This document shows, one piece after another, positions 12,828-23,866 of a DNA stretch of 64,000 bases (within the stretch, counting starts at the first letter, position 1; each line of letters opens with the position of its first letter). This DNA is from Eledone cirrhosa (Eukaryota), in NCBI GenBank assembly GCA_964016885.1, contig OZ024743.1, forward strand, positions 95,604,001 to 95,668,000, read 5' to 3'. A program made the position numbers and the translations under genes. The notes below the pieces were generated by a model that saw only the letters and a list, made by a program, of their open reading frames with translations, was not told the DNA's origin and searched no databases.

Positions 12828-13296
12828 GTATGTATGTTAGCATATTTGTGTTTGTATAGCATTGATAACTTTCATAGATTTCGGCTAGTATTGACCCCTG
12901 CCATGTCTAACTTAATAGCAACACCTGGCAAAGTCTTTCAGATCATGTTTCACACCTCATTCATGCTTTGAACACCACTACCCACTCCTGTAATGAGGTA
13001 AATATTTCTAGAGTCACATCCACGTACAGGGGAGTTATCCGGTAGTTATCTAGGGGCCTATTATGGGATCTATTTCACTTTTAATGTATTTCAGTATGAT
13101 ACTAAAGAAAACAGGACGACGTTTCCAACGTGGATTAATTCAAATATATTCCATGTTAGTCGCATTTTGTTTTCTCTTTTCTTTTGATTTATGAAAGCAG
13201 ATCCTAGTGAAGGAATGTCCCCTCCGCTGATAACCTTCTGAAGCTTCGAAAAATCTGCGATGACTCTTAATTTTCTCTGCTAGATAACGTCTCTCT

Positions 13297-13329
<33 letters not shown>

Positions 13330-13331
<2 letters not shown>

Positions 13332-13546
13332 GAACGATCGAATTTCGTCAAATCGGACCGAGGAAACAATGCTTCCATCGGTCTTTCCAATTGCTAGTAC
13401 TATCTATCGGTCGCAACTCCAGGTAGAAGGATCAACGTTAAATAAAGTGTCTTGCTTAAGGACATAACGCATCGCCCGGTCCGGGGATCGAACTCACCAT
13501 CTCACGATTGCGAATCCAATTCTCTAACCACTCAGCCACACGCCTT
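13330..13546 (-). mobile_element. tRNA-derived SINE with CORE-like segment
   Basis: A-box GTGGCTGAGTGGTTA, B-box GAGTTCGATCCC, GTCCTTAAGCAAGACACTTTA. Homologous over its full length to 50466-50685. Confidence 0.8.
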
Positions 13547-13581
13547 CACACACACCCATATATATATATATATATATATAT

Positions 13582-16047
13582 TTCTTCCCTAAGCTTATGT
13601 AGGAGGTATATCCCAACCAGGTCAGTTGCTTGCGCTGAGTCGCTGGACCCCATCGTGACAAAAAAGAAATAGACATAATTCTAGCGGCACGTAGAACCAT
13701 TATCCAGTTCGAAGACTCCCACTGGACCAGAACCAACCGTCCTGATAACTTCGATGTCACGATGGGGTCCAGCGACTCAGCGCAAGCAACTGACCTGGTT
13801 GGGATATACCTCCTACATAAGCTTAGGGAAGAAATACCGGCCCTACAAGGAGGTGTATATAGGGACGACGCCCTGTTTACCGTTAGGAACCATAGCCCCC
13901 GTAGGATAGAGAACCTTAACAAACATATACACAGGTTCTTTAAGTCATACGGCCTATCCGTAACTATGGACCTCAACCACAGGGTTGTCAACTTCCTGGA
14001 CGTGACCCTGGAGTTGAGTACGGGCTTATACAAGCCATACCATAAGCCTGGAGAGTGCCTCTCTTATATTAATTATGCCTCCAACCACCCTAAGCAGACT
14101 CTCAACTCCATAGTCTATAGTATCTCACATAGAATCTCGAGGCTATCCGCCAATGAGGATATCTTCAACCAAGCGGCTGATTACTACAATAGGGCCCTGA
14201 TAAGCGCCGGCTTTAACCGAGGAATTTCCTACATCCCTAACGCTAGCCCTAGAAACCACCCCCTCATAAAACTAACGTTATAGTAAGCCATACCTATAAC
14301 CGATCACGCGGCGACCTCGTTAAAGTCGGATATAATAGAATAGATAACCGCACCAAAGATCACGTCCCCGGCGACGGTGAATACTGTAGATTACTCAAAC
14401 TATTCCCCTATTACAAAACCAACAAAGGCGACGGCCTACTACCAACGCCTTCCAACCAACATCTTCGTGTACATAAACATGGAAGTGGTAGAAAGAGTGC
14501 ACCCGAGCATAAAGTGAAAGGGCACCGAACGGGCGACAGCGCATTAACACACATAAGAGCGATCACTTAGATGGAACCACCCGTAGCAAAAGTACAAGGA
14601 CACGTAATCGCCACCGTAACGTCCTATGGTTCCACCCCCACCCCCTACTCTCGAAGTGTGGCCTCCAACATACCCCGGATATTCTTCGAAGCCTTAGAGA
14701 AGAACTTCCCACCCAACCATAGGTATAGAAAAATTCTTAATAGGAACAATATAAAAATATCCTTCTCTACTACTCCTAACATAGCAGACATCATAGGAAC
14801 AACGAACCACAGTAAGATCACCAAGACACAGCACCTCCACGCAGACGCACCTACACCTGACAATAACTGTATCGGCCTTAACAACTCCCTGACAGTATCC
14901 AATAGTGTTGGCAACGGCATCCGCAGACGCAACCAGAATGACCGCGAAGTGACTGGGGAGCATGCAAAACATGGCGTGCGGAATAACAATCGCACCATCC
15001 CGCGTGCTGTGGGTTGTAATTGTGCTAACGACAGCTGCGGTAACGCAGCTAGCAACGTAGGCAGCAACAATGATAGCCTTATCGTGGGAAATAGACGGAA
15101 CAGCGACAGAAATTGCAACTGCCGCGACAGAGGACGGTGCCCCCTTAGAGGACACTGCTTGACCGATAGGGTTATATATAGATGCACTATTACTAGCCAC
15201 AATAGCGTTAAATATTATATAGGGGCCACCTCCGGCCCGTTCAAAATTAGGTTTCGAACACATCTCCACTCTTTCACAAATAGAAAACTAAGGTACTCCA
15301 CCTCGCTCGCGGACTACATCACATCAGTAAAGGACTTAAACATTAGCTTCTCCACGCACTGGGAGATTGTCGACAGGGCTGCACCGTACAACTTCAAGAG
15401 GAAATGCGATCTTTGCCTCATGGAGCTCTACCACATCATAACTGCACCCCACGAGCTCATCAACAGCAGAGCTGAAACAGCGATAAGTTGTACACATCGC
15501 TTAAAAATATCCTTCTTTAGATGGGTTAAGAATGAAGAGTGAAATAGGACACTGGATCTCCCTACAACAAGTCTTAACACCCCGGCGGGCAGGCGCAGCA
15601 AAATAACACCCAGAAAACAATCCCTGCATACCAATAATTATCCGGGAAAGACTGCCCTAACACCGGCCAAAGTTACCTCCCTTGACCTGCTGCAAAATCA
15701 AAACAAGATATTTTTGCGAACAATGAATCTTGATGTGGATTTAACCCCCAAAACTCTTTCCGAACTATATAAGGAACACTTGTGATTGCTTATGCCCTTG
15801 AGAAGCCCAACTGGGCGAAACGTACGTAGGTGATATTTTAAATAAACATGTTTTAACGGTCTATTCTCCGATTTTTCACTTTCCCACGTGCTTACGCTCT
15901 GCTAACTCTCTAGCCCACTAAATATTAACACTTCGAATATTTAATACTGCCGGCACTAGTATCGAGCACCTTTGGCATACGCTACTTGGCAAATAACTAT
16001 ATGTATCACCTATCCCTCCTTTTTTTCTCTCTTTCTCGATACGTAAA

Positions 16048-16050
<3 letters not shown>
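13582..16050 (+). mobile_element. 5'-truncated Hydra-like Penelope element (RT fragment, long linker, GIY-YIG), disrupted
   Basis: MGSSDSAQATDLVG, GGVYRDD, VNFLDVTL, SNHP; stop at 14281; frameshift near 14640 (VLWFHP/PYS); CNCRDRGRCPLRGHCL, VIYRC...YIG...FKIRF, CDLC. Bounded by (TA)n on both sides. Confidence 0.9.
15791..15835 (+). ncRNA. Hammerhead-like motif with U3-A8 core variant
   Basis: CC UUGAGAA GCCC-aacu-GGGC GAAAC GUAC GUA GG; AATAAA at 15841. Confidence 0.6.
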
Positions 16051-16085
<35 letters not shown>

Positions 16086-16166
16086 TTCCTTGTCAGCTGA
16101 GTCTTGGGGGATAACATCAAAACCCACCCGGGACATATCTTACGTTGAACAAATGACTACACAATA

Positions 16167-16222
16167 ACTGGCTGATGATGTATCTATTACATAATAGATA
16201 CAATAGAAATATATATCACAGT
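16167..16222 (+). ncRNA. Type-I hammerhead-like motif in a non-coding cassette
   Basis: ACUG g CUGAUGA UGUAUCUAUU-acau-AAUAGAUACA aua GAAA UAUAU AUC a CAGU. Perfect 10-bp stem II. Confidence 0.7.
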
Positions 16223-16882
16223 AGCAAATACACTGAATACACATAGGTATGTATTTATGTGTGTATTGATAAATGATGTACTAGTCCTTTACTGGGGCTG
16301 GTTCTTCCTCTATATTACTTTATCAAGTGTTCTCGAAGACATCCGCTGAATCCTGACCTGATGAGGAGTAAGTTTTGCCGAGTTTAAACACATCGGGTAT
16401 CAGGGCGGTGCCCCTATAACTCATCAGGAGTAAGGGTCCTATATCTTAACGTAGATTTTACATACCACTGTTATCTATATATAACATTCGAAAATTCATC
16501 TTAAATTCTCTAATAATATAAATTGTCCTCGAGAAGTAATAATGAGATATCAAGACAAAGAAACATGTGTCTCGGGATCATACGATACGATGAACCTACG
16601 TCGGTTTTGATAAGATGTAAATAGTTGGGCATTCCATAGACACATCATGTACACCTAACATAAGTTTCTGGGAAATACAGGGTGGCACCGTTTGTGACAA
16701 GGCTAGCGTTAGACTTAATTCATCCAACGGGATTTCAAACAATTTCCGCCGACTCAGTTGCAGGCACATAGCATGAATTAAGCGAAGACTATGATAAATG
16801 ACTCTTCTCCAAGTTGCCATGGTTATGAAACAAACCTCTTGACCACTCGGTACTGTCTGTTGATAAAAAAAAATAAAGAATC

Positions 16883-17249
16883 AATAATTGTTTCTACTTT
16901 TGGCACAAGGCCAGCAATTATCCCAGTACTTTACTGGTACTTTATTTTATCGACCCCGTAAGGATGAAAAACAAAGTTAACCTCGATGGGATTTGAACTC
17001 AGACCGTAAAGGGACGTAACTCCATATTGCAAAGCATGGCGTCCGACCCACTACCGATACTGCCAATCCACAATAATTGTTTCTAATTTTGGCACAAGGC
17101 CATCAATTAACCAGTACATTACTGGTACTTTATTTTATCGACCCCGTAAGGATGAAAGGCAAAGTTAACCTCGGATTTGAACTCAGACCGTAAAGGGACG
17201 TAACTATGCTAAAATTCATGGCGTCCGACACTCTTCCGATACCGCCTAG
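16883..17249 (-). mobile_element. Two tandem tRNA-derived SINEs (Meta-domain-like family)
   Basis: Units 16883-17071 and 17072-17249, each with B-box GAGTTCAAATCC, GCCTTTCATCCTTACGGGGTCGATAAAATAAAGTACCAG and an AATTATT tail. Confidence 0.85.
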
Positions 17250-17845
17250 TCTCAATTATACCTCCATTATAGCCACTTGATTTAAGAAAGATTGGAAACA
17301 TTTCAAATGGTGCAGGGTTCGATTCTTGGCAGGTGTCTCTGTCCACTATATTGCCTCACCAACGGTACTCCACCTTATATTATTGATTGACTATTATTAT
17401 GGTCATTTGCCATAAGACGCCTACATTTCAAACTTCATTCTATGCTTTATATTAAAATTTAATTGGGAGAAAAATATTTCCCCAAATACTGAAGAGAATC
17501 TTGAACTTTAACTGAACTTTCACTCAAAATTAGATATTGAAACATACATAATTATTTCTCTTCAAAATAAAGAGAAAGAAGTATACTATTTGATATATAG
17601 AAGGAAATGAAAGATCAGTATTTCTTATAATATTTTGTTTATACTTGCTCTGAGATATTTCAAAAGGTTTCTTACGATATGAACGCCGACAACTGTCCGA
17701 CGTAGATATAACACACAAGAAATTCTAGAGTAACAGGTGAATAGATCAGGTCTAGCTGCAACTTCATACCTGTAGCTTTATCGAACATGATTAAGTAGAA
17801 GTGTTAGGTCTTTCTGTATTTTCAATGTATATATATATATATATA

Positions 17846-18648
17846 CTAGCCGAATTAACCGCACCTGGTTGCGTTTCACACATTTTTTTTGTAAGAAAAA
17901 GATGATTGATTTTAAATCGGTGATATAATTTATGGAGAAAAACTCTGCATTTCAATATTACTCAATGTAAAATGTAATGCATGAAAAATTGGAAAACATT
18001 ATTTTTTGTAATATATCAAATCAAAATTAAATTATTAAATTTTATTGTTATTTTGTTTCTTGTAAATAATTTTTTTCAAAATATCAATTCAAAACTTTTG
18101 TGAATAGGCATCATATCTTGTCATTTACCTATGGTTTAAATTTCATATAAATCGAAGGGAAAGAATTTTTACCGGGGGTTTGTGCCCCCGGAGAACCCTT
18201 TGATTAAAATGAAATATACTTATCCAAGTACCCTGGGCAATGTAGTTTCAGAATATATATGGTTATGGGGGGGTGTCTATCTCCAAAGCCATAGGAGGAG
18301 TTCGTGAAATCTTGTTCCATTTATTGGCCAAAATTTTCACTATAGGGGGTTTAACCCCCATTACGGTGTTTTAATATTATTGAAATTTACTGAAATTTTG
18401 TGAATAGACATCATATCTTGTCATTTACATATGGTTTAAATTTCATATAAATCGAAGGGAAACATCTTTCAACTGGCGTTTGTGCCCCAGTGGAACCCTT
18501 TGATTAAAATGAAATATAATTATCCAAGTACCCTGGGCAATGTAGTTTCAGAATATATATGGTTATGGGGGTCTATCTCCAAAACCATAGTGGGGAGTTC
18601 GTGAACAAACAAACAAACAGACAGGATCTAAAACTTTATATATGTAGA
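17846..18648 (-). mobile_element. Complete non-autonomous Helitron (~800 bp)
   Basis: Minus strand starts A|TCTACATATATAAAG, ends with hairpin CGCA-accagg-TGCG then CTAG|T. Internal ~210-bp duplication with 300-bp period (18097 and 18397). Confidence 0.88.
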
Positions 18649-18989
18649 TGTATGCGAGTCTGTGTGTCTATTGGAGTAATGCTCGCGTCAAATGATGTAA
18701 AAATATAATTAAATATGTATTTAATACTCAGGTGTGCAATAACAAGAATGGTAAAATGCCAAATTGTAAATTTAAGGCATTTACATAGCGCTAAATCGAT
18801 AAGTTAAGTAAAAGGTCAAGCATATATTATGCATTGTAACAATATGAAAATTTAATATTTATCCAATTTATCCTTTTAAATGCATATAAATTATTCATTA
18901 TGACTTAAATAGAAATACTCTTCGATACAACTATGACCCATGTTCACAAACACAGACATTTATTTGTATATATATATATACACACACAT

Positions 18990-19195
18990 AGGGGAAGTGT
19001 AAAGACCCCCTTCGGTTACATATGGCCAAGGGATTTGCACCTAGAAAATTCCCCTCTGAGGCACATATCCGGGTAAGGTTGTTTTGTGGAGGGCCAAGTA
19101 CCGCCCATGTATGCCAGTCTCCCCTCTCCAAGCCACCAATGCTGTCCAAGAGAAAGGCAATGGCCGATACTTCTTGGCAACAGTGATGTCGGAAT
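18990..19195 (-). mobile_element. Partial interspersed repeat (SINE 3' region)
   Basis: GC-rich block AAAGACCCCCTTCGG...GCACCTAGAAAATTCCCCTCTGAGGCAC, resembling an abundant octopod SINE body from memory. No second copy in the window. Confidence 0.4.
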
Positions 19196-19432
19196 TCAAT
19201 ATACATGTAGATACGTGTATATATAGAATATTGGATTGAAAAATTGAAACAAAATTTTTTTCGAAGTAAATCAGTGAATCACCACCGGAATTAAACAAGA
19301 CAAGGGAAGCTTATATAATTTTCCTAAAGGGTGAAGATCGTGCATGGTAGATAAATATGTTGCAATTAATCGGACCACATTATAAGTTTCACTACCAACA
19401 TAAACAACGTATGGTTTGTTGCCATGTATTTT

Positions 19433-19684
19433 AAGTGACACAGAGGAGACTGAGGTTAGCTGGACATGCTCACCAACATCCAGAGTTGACACTGCACCCA
19501 GTGCTCCTGTGGGAGCCCCTGCATGGACACACTAGAAGAGGAAGACCGGGGTTAACATATGTTGATACCCCAAGGACAGACACTGGTCTCTTGGAGACGC
19601 AGGACATGGCAGCGATAATGAGGGACAGAGACCGCTGGAGAGAACTCGTCCATGGATCTCGGGAATTTTACCCGCCCTAGAGAT
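19433..19684 (+). mobile_element. RTE/RTE-X LINE 3' fragment
   Basis: RRLRLAGHAHQHPELTLHPVLLWEPLHGHTRRGRP...DTGL; near-identical to 26822-27140. Confidence 0.85.
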
Positions 19685-19698
19685 GTGTGTATATATAT

Positions 19699-19792
<94 letters not shown>

Positions 19793-21052
19793 TTGTTTAT
19801 ATATATATATTCTAACTACCTACAGAAAAAGAATAATGTTTAATATTTATGAGACTGACATACCTGTCATACCTGAGGATTGTGTGTAGATACTTGGTTC
19901 TGCTGTGGTGATCGTTTATATAGAAATGATGAAAGTATCAACTTCTGAACGTTGTTTCCATTGTAAAGGTTTAACTTCAGGAGTCTGAGGCATCTAAAAC
20001 AAGTTGGAGAATCACTGATAAATTAGTTTCTCATTTTCTTAACATTGCACACTGATTCTACCCCTTTATCCTATACTAACTGTCCTTATTGTGATCCACT
20101 GAAATTCATTCAGTACCCATATTTTCTCTCCAGAAATGTTAACTGATCATCAACCGTCTTGATATTAACATTCTAAGAAGACATACAAAAAACATACAGA
20201 CTCTCCTTCTCCTATATCTAATTGATGGGCGTTGTACATTGTAGAATTAGATTTGTAATTTCGGAGTTTAAATATTATATGTAATATAATATTATTCAGA
20301 TCTGTAATATATAAACAAGCAGGAATCCGGAATATCATCTCTATAGATCTCATTAGTCTGAGACGTCCTGCATGGATCATCCCACTTAGTAGCAGACAAA
20401 TTAATGTAATGTTAACGTAGACCCCATTATCCAATTAATTCTTGTGTGTATCCTTACATTTTTTTTTACCTAATTACACTTTCTTACATTCTGTTTTGCC
20501 TTGCTTTTCTTTGAACTTAAAAGTTCTATAAGACAATGTGAAATTCAAATTAGCTATGGGAGTGAAACGTTCTTTTTGCTTCTATAAGATTTAAAATCTG
20601 TTGACTATATCATGGTAACATTCATTTCTCCCTGTTATGAGTGTGTATTAATCGATATAACTCTGTTTCCGTTGGGTATATATAAAGATAACGATTGTAC
20701 AGTCAAACGAATACAATAAGTATGATGCTAACGCTGTTGACAGCAACAAGAAATTATAGTCAGGAATGTGTCGTAATTCAATATATTTTCTCTAGCATTA
20801 GCCAACTATTCCACTTAGCGATTACATATAGAATTAAAGAAATTCATTATTGGACATCATTTCTAGCAGCTGAAAGAATTGGTGCAACGTTCTATAGTTA
20901 ATCTTTTGCCTGAAACATTTACAGGAGATGCGCACACTTATTTGGCAACTAATTTTCTCATTTAAGTCCAATAGATTAAGATGGATTGCTCCACCAAACG
21001 GTAAACTCGTCGAATTCGTTAAACCACCGCCATCACTCACCCCCTTTTCTTT

Positions 21053-21086
<34 letters not shown>

Positions 21087-21188
21087 GAAGTAATTCCGTC
21101 GGAAAAGTCCAGGAAAAAAGAGTGCTCTATGTAGGTAACAGAGCTTAATTATTATTATTATGTAATAAACAACATAAGGCAATTATTC

Positions 21189-21242
21189 CATTTACCAGTG
21201 GTTTCTTAAAAGCAAAAGGTTTTGCTTTCAATCCTCAGAATG
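21189..21242 (-). ncRNA. Complete type-I hammerhead ribozyme candidate
   Basis: CAUU CUGAGGA UUGAAAGCAAAA-cc-UUUUGCUUUUAA GAA ACC-acu-GGU A AAUG. All three stems pair; GUA triplet. Confidence 0.8.
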
Positions 21243-21390
21243 AAAAAATCCTGGTCTGTTTATTGAATTTGGATTTTAAAAACAAAAATGCAATCTATAT
21301 GAAAGTGAGGCTGGAGAAGGAAGAAGGAAAGGAAAAATAAAATAAAACTACACATGCAAACACACACACAAAAAAACACAAAGCATACAT

Positions 21391-21437
<47 letters not shown>

Positions 21438-21509
21438 TACATATACACACATATATACATACACATATATACACATACACATACATACACATATACACAT
21501 ACATATACT

Positions 21510-21561
<52 letters not shown>

Positions 21562-22004
21562 TATATATATATATACACATATACATATATATATATATAT
21601 ATGTGTGTGTGTACAAGCATACACATACACAAACATAGCCATACACACACACATATATATACATACATACATTCACACAATCATACATATATACACGCGT
21701 ACATACATACACATACATAAATGCACTCCTCTACATATTCACACACGCAAATAAATATAAGAAAAAAAAAATATATATATTAAAAATTTTTGACACCGAT
21801 ACATAAGGCAGCTAACTGGACAGACACGCGTGGTAAGTAATGCACACAAATGCACGTATACATACGTACGGAATAGTAAATACATACACACACTCTCACA
21901 CATAAATATACATATACAAATACATAAACACATACATACACATACATGCACAAACACGCACACGTATACAATATATACACACACATATGTATATGTAATT
22001 ATAT

Positions 22005-22067
<63 letters not shown>

Positions 22068-22395
22068 AATATAAACATACACACACATATGTGTATACAT
22101 ACACACACATATACATACATAGCTATACAATTATACACATACAAATACGTACATATCATAAACACGCACAACCAAATACAAACACACACACCCACACACG
22201 CATACATATATATATACACACGCATACATATATATATATATATGTATATATATACATATATATACATATGCATACACATACACACACACACATACATGTG
22301 TGTATGTGTAAAACTCAGTCTTAGATAATTCATATGAACCTTACATATACATATATATAGTAGTAAAGTAATAAAGCAACATAAGGCAATTATTC

Positions 22396-22449
22396 CATTC
22401 ACCAGTGGTTTCTTAAAAGCAAAAAAATTTTCCTTCAATCTTCAGAATG
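22396..22449 (-). ncRNA. Second copy of the same hammerhead, predicted inactive
   Basis: CAUU CUGAAGA...GAAACCACUG GUG AAUG. GUG violates the NUH rule and stem II is eroded. Confidence 0.6.
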
Positions 22450-22522
22450 AAAAACATGGTCTATCCACATATACATACATATACACACACAAATATATAC
22501 ATATATATATACACACGCACAT

Positions 22523-22553
<31 letters not shown>

Positions 22554-23186
22554 CATATGTACATATATATATATATATACACACAAATATACATACACAT
22601 ACACATAGGTATGTGAAGGGCAAGGCAAAAAGAATATATGGGGGGGGGGGGAACATAAGAAAAGGTGAAATATAAGTTTGAGGTAAGGGAGAAAAAATAA
22701 GTAAATATACAAGAGTACAGAACGTAGAATCAGCAAAATAAAAACCGTAGCAGAAGTAAAGAGCAGAGAAGGAGTTCAAGGCGGTTGATTTATCGTAGGA
22801 GTGTCAATCCAGTTACAGATCAGATGCGATTTCAGATGAGGACAGCATCTGAAGATCTCAGTCTTTGAGTTAAGGCAAGCGGAAGTGGCTCTCAAGTTTA
22901 GCAAAATCCTATACTTTTCTGTGGTACACAAAGAACAGTTCTTTGTGCCCCTTTGGTACTCCCTCGAATGGTCTAATATAGACCAATCAATAGAGTACGG
23001 GATGTTACTATCCTTGAGTTCCCACACCTTACTTGCAAGGGCCGTTGATGTTCGTTTATCGGAGTGCTTAAAAGAAGCGACATGTGAGTAAAAGCTGGTT
23101 TTAAACCTGTCCTGGGTCATACCGACATATCGCTCACTCCTGGCTGGCTGGTTGTTGATTACCGGTGTTATCTTAGCCTCATAAAC

Positions 23187-23233
23187 GTGTGTATGTATAC
23201 ATATATGTGTGTGTGTGTATGTTTATATTTATG

Positions 23234-23266
<33 letters not shown>

Positions 23267-23684
23267 ATATAATTACATATATATATGTGTGTGTATATAT
23301 TGTATACGTGTGCGTGTTTGTGCATGTATGTGTATGTATGTGTTTATGTATTTGTATATGTATATTTATGTGTGAGAGTGTGTGTATGTATTTACTATTC
23401 TGTACGTATGTATACGTGCATTTGTGTGCATTACTTACCACGCGTGTCTGTCCAGTTAGCTGCCTTATGTATCGGTGTCAAAAATTTTTAATATATATAT
23501 ATTTTTTTTTCTTATATTTATTTGCGTGTGTGAATATGTAGAGGAGTGCATTTATGTATGTGTATGTATGTACGCGTGTATATATGTATGATTGTGTGAA
23601 TGTATGTATGTATATATATGTGTGTGTGTATGGCTATGTTTGTGTATGTGTATGCTTGTACACACACACATATATATATATATA

Positions 23685-23733
<49 letters not shown>

Positions 23734-23866
23734 ATATAATTACATATATATATGTGTGTATATATTGTATACGTGTGCGTGTTTGTGCATGTATGTGTAT
23801 GTATGTGTTTATGTATTTGTATATGTATATTTATGTGTGAGAGTGTGTGTATGTATTTACTATTCT
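23187..23866. repeat. Inverted duplicate of compound microsatellite 21585-22100, plus a local tandem copy
   Basis: Unique core TTACTTACCACGCGTGTCTGTCCAGTTAGCTGCCTTATGTATCGGTGTC is the reverse complement of 21792-21840; ORF-track peptides are identical on opposite strands. Confidence 0.85.

Larger units (their letters stand above)
21135..23185 (-). mobile_element. Hydra-like PLE 3' fragment (GIY-YIG) with two tandem pLTR-like ends
   Basis: YVGMTQDRFKTSFYSH...STALASKVWELKD...WSIL...CSLCTTEK...LNSKTE (22776-23150). A ~95-bp pLTR segment is repeated at 21164-21260 and 22370-22465. Confidence 0.82.

Noticed and set aside
13480-13546. tRNA-like A/B boxes here and at other SINE heads
   Set aside because: They continue into SINE bodies; no complete cloverleaf seen.
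23752-23866. N-terminal 38 aa of the 775-aa ORF
   Set aside because: Duplicated microsatellite fused in frame by chance; PLE homology starts near SLKDIP.
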